Virus record (IMG/VR): IMGVR_UViG_3300027917_000021
Location: 64,001-128,000 of that record
DNA length: 64,000 bases
Reading direction: 5' to 3' (one strand)
From: a virus
The notes beneath the pieces are model-generated. The model saw only the letters and a list, made by a program, of their open reading frames with translations. It was not told where the DNA came from and did not search any database. The position numbers and the translations under genes are program-made. Of this stretch, positions 28,780 to 37,017 are shown piece after piece; position 1 is the first letter of the stretch; every line of letters starts with the position of its first letter.

Positions 28780-31269
28780 ATGATTACATTAGAAAATGTT
28801 ACAGTAGATACTTTAGGACTGGGCAACAGAAGAATACAATGGGAAGTAGTTCCGACACACGAAGATCTTAACCTATTTTTGTTGGATGTATATCGTGCGG
28901 AAGCTCCCGGGGCATTGTCAGAATTTGACCTGGTTGTATCAGGTTTATCTGTTCTCGATGGTACGTATATTGATAGTGGACTGCAAAGAATGGATTATTC
29001 TACAAACCGACAGATATACTATTACCTAAATGTATTAGACACAGGTACCGCGGAAACATCACTCGAAGGTCCATATGTGATGGAATCTGAGCCGGATTAT
29101 GCTTCTAATGAAATACTTCGTCGCTATGGCATTTTCTTTGACAATCCACGCTATCAGGTTCGTACATTTTATGTATTAAAGAAACGTACCTGGGGAAATC
29201 AATGCTCATGCATCGATGATGTAACACAGGAACCTAGAAACGAAAATTGTACTATATGCTATGGTACAGGTATAGTAGGCGGTTATTTTAATCCAATTGC
29301 TGTTCGAGGAATGCGTTCAGACAAGCCAAGTCGCCAAATGATAAACCTGTTTGGAGCATGGCAGGACACTAATGTATTTTTCAAACTGGAAAATACCGTT
29401 AAGGTAATTCCCGGTGATTATATTGTCGACGAACATAATGAAAGATATCTGATCGAAGGGCCTGTAAATCACCTACAAAAGGGTATTTATACCTTGATGA
29501 GTAATGTTCGTGCCAAAACTGTGTCAAAATCAGATCCGATATATCGGTATGGTATGATTGAAGAACTTGGTGGAACCGAGGAAGAGATTATTATAAGCGG
29601 TAATGAAATAGCGGTATTTAATGGGACATCCTCCTATATGGAAATTATAGACAATGATTTATTGTCTTTTTTAAATGGGTCGTTTAGTATTACTGGATGG
29701 TTTGAATTAAATAATGCTCCTCCCGGACCATCAATTTCAGAAACAATAAGTCAAACGGTTTGCGATGATGAAGGTTTATATGAAGCAGAATCCATTACTT
29801 TATCAAATGGCAATGTTTTTATGGCATATTCAGATTACACAAATATTTATGCTTCCTACAACATTATTACACAAAGTGGAACTGAAGTAACTGGTCCAAT
29901 AGTATTGGAAAACACTATGGGCAGTGTATTTAGTGTTACCCAATTAACCAATAATAATATATTTATATGTTATGCATCAGGACCAGACAGTTCAAAACCT
30001 GCCAAGTATGCCTTAGTAGATGAATCTGGAACTTTGCTGGCTGGTCCCATAGCAGTCCCAGGAATTACATATTCCAATTATTTTGGTTGCACTAAAACAA
30101 ATAATGGAAATATTTTTGTAGTATATTCAGACCCCGATGATGGAAATAAAGGGAAATTTATAATTTTAGATAATTCAATTAATTTAATTTTTGGCCCAAC
30201 TACCTTCCATTCCAATGTAACATATTATCAGAGAGTATCTTTATTACAAAATGGTAATATATTTTTAAGTTATTCTAACCAATCGGATAATCGTGGAGAA
30301 TTTGTAATTTATTCTCAAGCCGGAGCACTTATTAAATCTGCTACTATTTTTGAAACAAATCCTGTTTATGATTTATGGAGTTCAATATTAGTAGGAGGAA
30401 ATATAATTATAGTATATGGAACTACATCAGATTCATCTGGTAAATTTACCATATATGATGAAAACGGAAATATAATAAAAACCCCAACTACCTTTGAATC
30501 AGGAGGAGCATCTTATTATAATTCTGTAGCGCCTACATTAGATGATCGAGCTGTTATAGTATATCAAAATCCTTCTAGTTATTATACATCATGTGTAATA
30601 GTTGATAGTGAAGGAACCATAACACAAAGTTCTTTTAATATTAATACTAATGAAACTTATGATTCACATATAACTCTGCTTGGAAATGGAAATGTAATGA
30701 TACTTTATGATGTGTATGATGGAGTAGATACGGCAATTTTACAAGTTTATGATGTAATAGGACAATATCAACCACTATTAGTGAAAGACGATAAATCATT
30801 GAATCATGAATGGATATTAGTATATGATAATTCAGGCAACATACATATTCGCATAATTGGTTCAAACAATAATTTTATAGGTAAATATTATAATTATCCA
30901 ATAAATGGAGAACTTCATCATTATGCAATTACATATAATGGTAATAATTCCTCAGACGGAATTAATTTATATATAGATAATAATTTAGTTCAGTCAATAC
31001 CAAATAATTTAGGAATATATACACCACCAATTAATACAAGTTTAAATGTGTTTATTGGAAAATGGGCAAATTCTTTTTTTGCTGGAAAAGCACGAGATAT
31101 TAAAATATTTAATAAGGCATTATCAAGTGCAGATATAAATCAAGAATATGCCCTGGGAAATTATAGAGTTGGAATAGTTGCAAATTACAAATTACACGAA
31201 GACACAAATGATTATGGAAGATATAGTTTACACGGTATAAACACAGATATAATATTTACACAGGAATAA
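28780..31269 (+). CDS. Neck/head-closure-like N-domain plus beta-propeller repeats plus LamG domain
   Basis: CSC...CTICYGTGIVGGYF; LxNGNxFxxY repeats; LHHYAIT...LYID...IKIFNKALS. Confidence 0.6.
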   Translation: MITLENVTVDTLGLGNRRIQWEVVPTHEDLNLFLLDVYRAEAPGALSEFDLVVSGLSVLDGTYIDSGLQRMDYSTNRQIYYYLNVLDTGTAETSLEGPYVMESEPDYASNEILRRYGIFFDNPRYQVRTFYVLKKRTWGNQCSCIDDVTQEPRNENCTICYGTGIVGGYFNPIAVRGMRSDKPSRQMINLFGAWQDTNVFFKLENTVKVIPGDYIVDEHNERYLIEGPVNHLQKGIYTLMSNVRAKTVSKSDPIYRYGMIEELGGTEEEIIISGNEIAVFNGTSSYMEIIDNDLLSFLNGSFSITGWFELNNAPPGPSISETISQTVCDDEGLYEAESITLSNGNVFMAYSDYTNIYASYNIITQSGTEVTGPIVLENTMGSVFSVTQLTNNNIFICYASGPDSSKPAKYALVDESGTLLAGPIAVPGITYSNYFGCTKTNNGNIFVVYSDPDDGNKGKFIILDNSINLIFGPTTFHSNVTYYQRVSLLQNGNIFLSYSNQSDNRGEFVIYSQAGALIKSATIFETNPVYDLWSSILVGGNIIIVYGTTSDSSGKFTIYDENGNIIKTPTTFESGGASYYNSVAPTLDDRAVIVYQNPSSYYTSCVIVDSEGTITQSSFNINTNETYDSHITLLGNGNVMILYDVYDGVDTAILQVYDVIGQYQPLLVKDDKSLNHEWILVYDNSGNIHIRIIGSNNNFIGKYYNYPINGELHHYAITYNGNNSSDGINLYIDNNLVQSIPNNLGIYTPPINTSLNVFIGKWANSFFAGKARDIKIFNKALSSADINQEYALGNYRVGIVANYKLHEDTNDYGRYSLHGINTDIIFTQE

Positions 31270-31273
31270 ATCA

Positions 31274-31672
31274 ATGAAATATTTTGAAAAAAATGCAGAT
31301 ATACAATATGCCTTGAAAGGAATGGTCAAGGGATTTAAAGCTGGAACAATGGATTTAGCTACCGCAGCAGATAGAATTAAGAGGTTAGCTGAAAGAAAAA
31401 AGAATTTAATGCAATATATAGACTTAAATCCAAATGTATTTGATCAAAATCCTGCCATGGTAGATAAAGTACATCGTTATTCTAAAATGCTTGTTGGAAG
31501 TAATATGTTATATAATAAAAGGCAGGTTGACCTACTTAAGTTAGGTGCAGCACCAGTGCATCCTATGCAAGGCACACTGCTGAATGTGCAAACAAGAGAA
31601 TCACAAACAAAATACAACTCTAAAGTTTTAGGTAAAAAAAGAGCTGACATTTTAGTACCACTATGGCGTTAA
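31274..31672 (+). CDS. MKYFEK-leader protein
   Basis: MKYFEKNA start, 22 kb from the nearest other copy. Confidence 0.75.
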   Translation: MKYFEKNADIQYALKGMVKGFKAGTMDLATAADRIKRLAERKKNLMQYIDLNPNVFDQNPAMVDKVHRYSKMLVGSNMLYNKRQVDLLKLGAAPVHPMQGTLLNVQTRESQTKYNSKVLGKKRADILVPLWR

Positions 31673-32904
31673 AAGAATACATTCTGAATAATTTTCAATA
31701 TCTTATAGAAAATAATCCGGATGGTATTGTAATACATTCAGATGGTATCATAAGATATGCAAATAAAAGTATTCTTACTATATTTGGTGCTTCATCGGCT
31801 GATGAAATTATAGGTAGAAATATTTTTGATTTCATACAACCGGATTATCATGAAGCTGCAAAAATACGTATTGCCAAAGCACTAAACAATATGGAACCCG
31901 CTCCACTAGCAGAATATGAAGCAATAAAATTAGATGGAGCAAAAATATATATAGAAATACTTTCAATACCTTTTATGAGAGGAGAAGCTAAGGCATTACA
32001 AGTATTAGTTAAAGATATTTCTGAAAGAAAAAGACAATATAAAGCTTTACAATACTCTGAAGAAAAATTTCGTGCTTTATTTCAAACAGCGCCTGACGCA
32101 ATTTTATTGTCAAATAAAGAAACAAATATTATTTCTTTAAATTCTGCTTTGGAAGATATGTTTGGTTATACTTACGATGAATTAATTGGTAAATCATGGA
32201 TGTTGCTTGTTGCCAAAAGGTTGCGAAATGATCGAATGGAGCGTATAGAATATATAAGAGAAAAACTAAAAGCTGGTGAATTTCTTAAAGAAGAAGTATA
32301 TGGAACAACTAAATTTGGCAAAGACATCCCTGTAGAAATAAAAGTTGGGCGATGGCAAATAAATGGTGAACCTTTTTATACTACCATTATAAGAGACATA
32401 TCGGAAAGAAGAGAGTTTGAAGCCAAATTAAAGCAATTAGCTGATATTGACCATCTAACTGGAATATATAATCGTCGTGCCGGTTTAATACTTACAGAAC
32501 AATTGTTAAAAACTTCTAGAAGAACTAACCAACCTATTACTTTATGTTATTTGGATCTCGATAATTTTAAATATGTAAACGATTCACATGGGCATGTTGC
32601 AGGAGATAAAGTTTTAAATGCTGTAGCGAGTTTAATAAAAGATAATCTTCGTGAATCAGACATATTTTTTAGGCTTGGTGGTGATGAATTTATAATTGTC
32701 TGGAACAATACATTTCTAGAACAGGGACATCAACAATGGTCCAGAATATTAAATAAATTTAATGAGTGGAATAAAGAAAATTATTCTACTCGATTGGGGA
32801 TAAGTGCTGGATTTGTATGTCCAGATCTTAAGAAAGACATAAACATTGATCGTATTATAGATATTGCAGATAAGGAAATGTATAAATCCAAAGGAAACAA
32901 ATAA
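31663..32904 (+). CDS. PAS-PAS-GGDEF diguanylate cyclase
   Basis: Two PAS repeats ending KDISERK and RDISERR; DHLTGIYNRR, DLDNFKYVNDSHGHVAGD, RESD I-site, RLGGDEF. Confidence 0.95.
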   Translation: MALKEYILNNFQYLIENNPDGIVIHSDGIIRYANKSILTIFGASSADEIIGRNIFDFIQPDYHEAAKIRIAKALNNMEPAPLAEYEAIKLDGAKIYIEILSIPFMRGEAKALQVLVKDISERKRQYKALQYSEEKFRALFQTAPDAILLSNKETNIISLNSALEDMFGYTYDELIGKSWMLLVAKRLRNDRMERIEYIREKLKAGEFLKEEVYGTTKFGKDIPVEIKVGRWQINGEPFYTTIIRDISERREFEAKLKQLADIDHLTGIYNRRAGLILTEQLLKTSRRTNQPITLCYLDLDNFKYVNDSHGHVAGDKVLNAVASLIKDNLRESDIFFRLGGDEFIIVWNNTFLEQGHQQWSRILNKFNEWNKENYSTRLGISAGFVCPDLKKDINIDRIIDIADKEMYKSKGNK

Positions 32905-34250
32905 TGGAGTATGCACCAGGAATACCTGATAAAAGCTCTAAATCAGTAATACCTTCTTCTCAAGACAAAATATGGTCATATGTAATTCAGTATCATATGG
33001 CAGATGTTGCTGGGCCACACTATGATTTTAGAATATCTGATGGGGCAGTAGCATACTCTTGGGCAACGAGAGCAGGGTTGCCGAGCTTAGGAGATAAGGT
33101 ACTGTGGATACGACAGCCAGACCATACTCCAGAATATATGTCTTTTTCAGGAGAAATTGCCGATGGATATGGAAAAGGATCAGTTAAAGTCATTGATTCA
33201 GGCCAGATCCATGTAATTAGTGCAACCCCGGAAAAAATATCATTTAATTTATATAAAGGTGCAGGAACGCAAAAATTTACTCTTGTTTATACAGGAGGAA
33301 ATAATTGGTTATGCATGAACACAACGCCAACCAAAGAAACACGCCCAGAAATACCAGAGAAAAAAATACAAGCAAGATCTATTGATCCATCTAAAATATC
33401 TTTTACAAATTCTAACCAAATTTTAACTGAAAAGATAGATGGGGCTGCCAGTTTATTTGTATTAAGAAAAGGACGACCAGTAGAAGTTTTTAGTTATAGG
33501 AAAAGCAAGCGAGGTCCGGAACTTATAAATCGGACATATAAATATCCTGATTTATATAATACCATGGTGCCTGAAGAATTAGATAAAACTACTTTATGGG
33601 GAGAGGCCTATGTTAGTGATGCTGAAGGACGAACACTTCCACACAGAGAAGGTACTGGCCTGCTCAATGCTAATGTGTGGAGAGCAAGAGATGAGGTAGC
33701 TAAAAGACACCTTAAATTCGACAATGTAATATTTAATATTGATAAATACAAAGGTGTGGATTACTCTAAAAAACCATATGGTGAAAAAATAGAGCTATTG
33801 AAAGAGATCCAAAGTAAGCTGCCTCAACTCAAGCTCCCTATTATGGCTGAAACTCCTTTAGAAAAAAGAAGATTATATGATGCTATAAAATCCGGGAAAC
33901 ACCCTCACACAACAGAAGGGTGGGTTATTTGGGATTTGAATTCAGACCGCCCAATTAAATCTAAATTAAAATTGGATACAGAATTATATGTACAGGGATA
34001 TGAAGAAGGCAAAGGAAGATTAGAAGGAAAACTTGGAAAAATTTTGGCAACTCCCGATCCACAAGGAAAGGGCCCTATTACGAGAGTAGGTGGAGGATTT
34101 ACAGATTTTGAGCGAGAACAAATCTGGAATAACCGGTTAACATATTTGGGAAAACCGATTACTATAGAATATCAAGAAAAATTACCGTCTGGTAAATATA
34201 GAATGCCCATTTTTAAAGTATTTCGTACTGCAGAGTTTTGGCCTACCTAA
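32904..34250 (+). CDS. LigD phosphoesterase fused to an ATP-dependent DNA ligase
   Basis: YVIQYH...HYDFRI...YSWA...DH...YGKG; EKIDG adenylation motif, EGWVI, VGGGFTD, RMPIF. Confidence 0.85.
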   Translation: MEYAPGIPDKSSKSVIPSSQDKIWSYVIQYHMADVAGPHYDFRISDGAVAYSWATRAGLPSLGDKVLWIRQPDHTPEYMSFSGEIADGYGKGSVKVIDSGQIHVISATPEKISFNLYKGAGTQKFTLVYTGGNNWLCMNTTPTKETRPEIPEKKIQARSIDPSKISFTNSNQILTEKIDGAASLFVLRKGRPVEVFSYRKSKRGPELINRTYKYPDLYNTMVPEELDKTTLWGEAYVSDAEGRTLPHREGTGLLNANVWRARDEVAKRHLKFDNVIFNIDKYKGVDYSKKPYGEKIELLKEIQSKLPQLKLPIMAETPLEKRRLYDAIKSGKHPHTTEGWVIWDLNSDRPIKSKLKLDTELYVQGYEEGKGRLEGKLGKILATPDPQGKGPITRVGGGFTDFEREQIWNNRLTYLGKPITIEYQEKLPSGKYRMPIFKVFRTAEFWPT

Positions 34251-34259
34251 TTAAGCAAC

Positions 34260-34288
34260 TTGCCTAAAGCCAATTTTTTGTGTATATT
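34260..34288 (+). promoter_or_regulatory. Promoter TTGCCT-N17-TATATT, leaderless
   Basis: TATATT 34283-34288; ATG at 34296. Confidence 0.55.
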
Positions 34289-34295
34289 TGTCTTG

Positions 34296-35159
34296 ATGAA
34301 AAAAATTTTAATAGTGCTAGGGCATAATCGCCTTACCGGAGTTAATACATGGGCATTTACTCTTGGTGATTTTTTAATAAGAAAAGGATATAGAGTTGAC
34401 TTTGAGATAAAAAAAGATTTTGAATATGAACCTAAATTAGAGATAAGTATTCTAAATTCTTTAAATACTCTTAGAACAACTATATATGAAAAAACTTTAC
34501 CAGATTATAATTCATACGATCGTTGTATATTGAATTATAACGTACATCAAAAATTTATGTTACCAGAACAAATAATTTTTGTATCACATGGATCGATGTT
34601 TGAACCATATACACCCTTTGGCAAGGTTTACGCGCATGTTGCTGTAAGTGAAAGGACAAAAAAAGCTACAAATGCTGATTTAGTTATACATAATGGTATT
34701 GATCTTAATAAATTTAGTATTAAAAGATTTCCAAGGACTCCTCCAACTAAGGCTTTAAACATTTTTCGTGGTATTCCTAATTATAGTATATATCGGGCGT
34801 GTACTAATTTGGGTATAGAATATAGACATGTTGGAGCAGCGTTAAATATTGAAACTGAAATAGTCCCTAATGACATAATTATTGGCTATGGAAGATCTGC
34901 TTATGAGGGAATGGCTTCTGGTAAAGCAGTATTGGTACATGGCCCATTCGGAACTGATGGTTGGGTAAAACCTGAAAATTTTGAAAAGCTATTGTATAGA
35001 AATTGTTCAGGTTGGACTGGAGCATACTTTCCAACTCTTCAAGAATTGATGGAACTTATCGATCAATATGATGCTGTAGACGGTAGACATAATAGGGCAT
35101 TGGCAGAAAAATATTTATCTGCAGAAACAATGGCTAATAAGTTTGAAGAATTGTTTTGA
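34296..35159 (+). CDS. GT-B (GT4-like) glycosyltransferase
   Basis: MKKILIV...TGVNTW, SHG, AVSE, IHNGIDL, GRSAYEGMASGKAV; start moved from 34260 on promoter evidence. Confidence 0.8.
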   Translation: MKKILIVLGHNRLTGVNTWAFTLGDFLIRKGYRVDFEIKKDFEYEPKLEISILNSLNTLRTTIYEKTLPDYNSYDRCILNYNVHQKFMLPEQIIFVSHGSMFEPYTPFGKVYAHVAVSERTKKATNADLVIHNGIDLNKFSIKRFPRTPPTKALNIFRGIPNYSIYRACTNLGIEYRHVGAALNIETEIVPNDIIIGYGRSAYEGMASGKAVLVHGPFGTDGWVKPENFEKLLYRNCSGWTGAYFPTLQELMELIDQYDAVDGRHNRALAEKYLSAETMANKFEELF

Positions 35160-35169
35160 TAATTAGTTG

Positions 35170-35198
35170 TTGACAATTTGAAGTAAAAGGTTTATATT
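35170..35198 (+). promoter_or_regulatory. Promoter TTGACA-N17-TATATT, leaderless, for the tail genes
   Basis: TTGACA 35170-35175, TATATT 35193-35198, ATG at 35205. Confidence 0.75.
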
Positions 35199-35204
35199 TT
35201 CTAT

Positions 35205-35426
35205 ATGCTTAGGCCTGTAATATACCGCGCGACGGAAGGATCAAGTGGTGAAAAGATAGTAGAGATGATAGCACAGAAATTATCTAGACTATCATATAAT
35301 CTACATTTTGATGCACAGGGAGATGTTGTAACAGTAATATCTATGCAAGCCCCAATGTCGATGTCTGACTATTTTACTAAACGGATGTCACAAAAGGAAA
35401 TAAAAGAACTAATTAGGATGCTTTAA
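35205..35426 (+). CDS. Hypothetical protein
   Basis: Directly after the promoter, coupled to the next gene. Confidence 0.6.
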   Translation: MLRPVIYRATEGSSGEKIVEMIAQKLSRLSYNLHFDAQGDVVTVISMQAPMSMSDYFTKRMSQKEIKELIRML

Positions 35427-36280
35427 TGGGATTTTCTATAGATGCGAAAAGAATATTTATTGGGTTTGCACAGAAATTATTTGCAGAGAATTATGCACTT
35501 ACATGGACGTTAGATCCCAAAACTACTGGTATTTTAATAGGAGATAAGCATTTTATTGAAAGTCCTTTGATTGAAATGAAACCGGCTATAATTGTTAGCC
35601 GTGGCCCATTGAGATGGGGACAACATACAATAGACCAGAGAATGAGTTATAGTTTGGCAAACTTAGATAAAAAGTTTTCAGACATAATTTATGGGACTAT
35701 TGTATATAACGTTCTTTCACAGAATGAATTTATAACAGAGCGATTAGCAGATTATCTATTTACAAAATTAACTGGATATAGAGACCAATTTCGTAGAAAT
35801 GGCATTAATAATATTATAAATATTGCCATGGGAGATACAGTACTTTTAAAAAACAATACAGAAGTAGAGTTTATAAACGTACCAATATCTGTTAATTATG
35901 CGATGCAAAGAAATATTGACCTTGTGCATGATACTTTTTCTAGTATGTATATTACCTCAGAAGCACTAGACATAGAAAATGTTGATGGTGCTGAACTGGG
36001 GGCCGGAATAACAGGAACATATGGAAAAGGTCTTTATATACAGGGTATCGATTATACAATAAGCGGTTCTGATATTCATTTTATAACTATTCCAAGTGGA
36101 GTAAAATTAACATTTGTATATACAGGAAGTACTACATTATCTACTTATTCTGAAGAAATTATTGTACCAACAAATAATCCACTACTCAGTTATGATTTGA
36201 TAGAACCGGTAGACTATATATATCCATTATACTCAGGAATCATTATCTATGACCAACTCTACTCAGGAATATCTAATTAG
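35426..36280 (+). CDS. Putative tail completion/terminator protein
   Basis: Upstream of the sheath; KPAIIVSRG motif. Confidence 0.45.
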   Translation: MGFSIDAKRIFIGFAQKLFAENYALTWTLDPKTTGILIGDKHFIESPLIEMKPAIIVSRGPLRWGQHTIDQRMSYSLANLDKKFSDIIYGTIVYNVLSQNEFITERLADYLFTKLTGYRDQFRRNGINNIINIAMGDTVLLKNNTEVEFINVPISVNYAMQRNIDLVHDTFSSMYITSEALDIENVDGAELGAGITGTYGKGLYIQGIDYTISGSDIHFITIPSGVKLTFVYTGSTTLSTYSEEIIVPTNNPLLSYDLIEPVDYIYPLYSGIIIYDQLYSGISN

Positions 36281-36998
36281 AAGACAAGCTTTTATAGACG
36301 AACTTGAAAAGTTAGGGGCTGTTGGCTTAATTGGTAGGTTGGTTACAGGACTAATGTCTCAAAGTCCTATAGCAAAAGAACTATTTGGAAAAGCATCAAG
36401 ATTTGCTACACAATATGCTACTAATCTTGGAAGAGAGGGATTTCGACAATCAGGAAAAGTTTTTCAAGAGGGGATGACAGCATTAAAAAGCACAACTGGG
36501 AAATCAACAATTCGTCCCATGTTTGGAACCTCTAAACAGGTTATGGGCATTAGGGAGTCAAATAAAATTCCGTTTATGAAAGACCCTATCAGATCAATTG
36601 GTCAGTCGGTTCTGAGAGGCGCTGCTAATTTAGTTAATACAGGAAAAACTATTGCTAAGGAAGGCTTTGGAGCCTATTTGAAAAAAGATTTGGCTAGAAC
36701 GCAGCTTTTTACTAAAACAATAACCGGTGAGGGTGGAAAAGCATTTGATGTGCTTGCTAAACGATCTGTAACCGGAAGACTGATAAATCCTGTATTGGAT
36801 ACAGGAGTTGGTTTTGGAGGTTTAGCTTTAGCCACAAATAAATATGACGAAGCAGGACGTGCACGCAGTTTTGTATCTCGTATTGGTGGCGCAGCTAAAG
36901 AAAGTATTCTTTGGGGACCACTGAGACCATTGGCTATGGCTCATATGACGACCGTAGAATTACCAAAAATGACAAAAGATATAATTAAAGGCTTTTAA
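36249..36998 (+). CDS. Basic protein with N-terminal AFIDELEKLG leader-like motif
   Basis: RRQAFIDELEKLGA followed by a basic Gly-rich body. Confidence 0.6.
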   Translation: MTNSTQEYLIRRQAFIDELEKLGAVGLIGRLVTGLMSQSPIAKELFGKASRFATQYATNLGREGFRQSGKVFQEGMTALKSTTGKSTIRPMFGTSKQVMGIRESNKIPFMKDPIRSIGQSVLRGAANLVNTGKTIAKEGFGAYLKKDLARTQLFTKTITGEGGKAFDVLAKRSVTGRLINPVLDTGVGFGGLALATNKYDEAGRARSFVSRIGGAAKESILWGPLRPLAMAHMTTVELPKMTKDIIKGF

Positions 36999-37017
36999 CT
37001 ATTAAGGAGTAATCTTT

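Noticed and set aside
34260-34295. TTG start of the glycosyltransferase at 34260
   Set aside because: It coincides with the -35 box; ATG 34296 gives a typical MKKILIV start.
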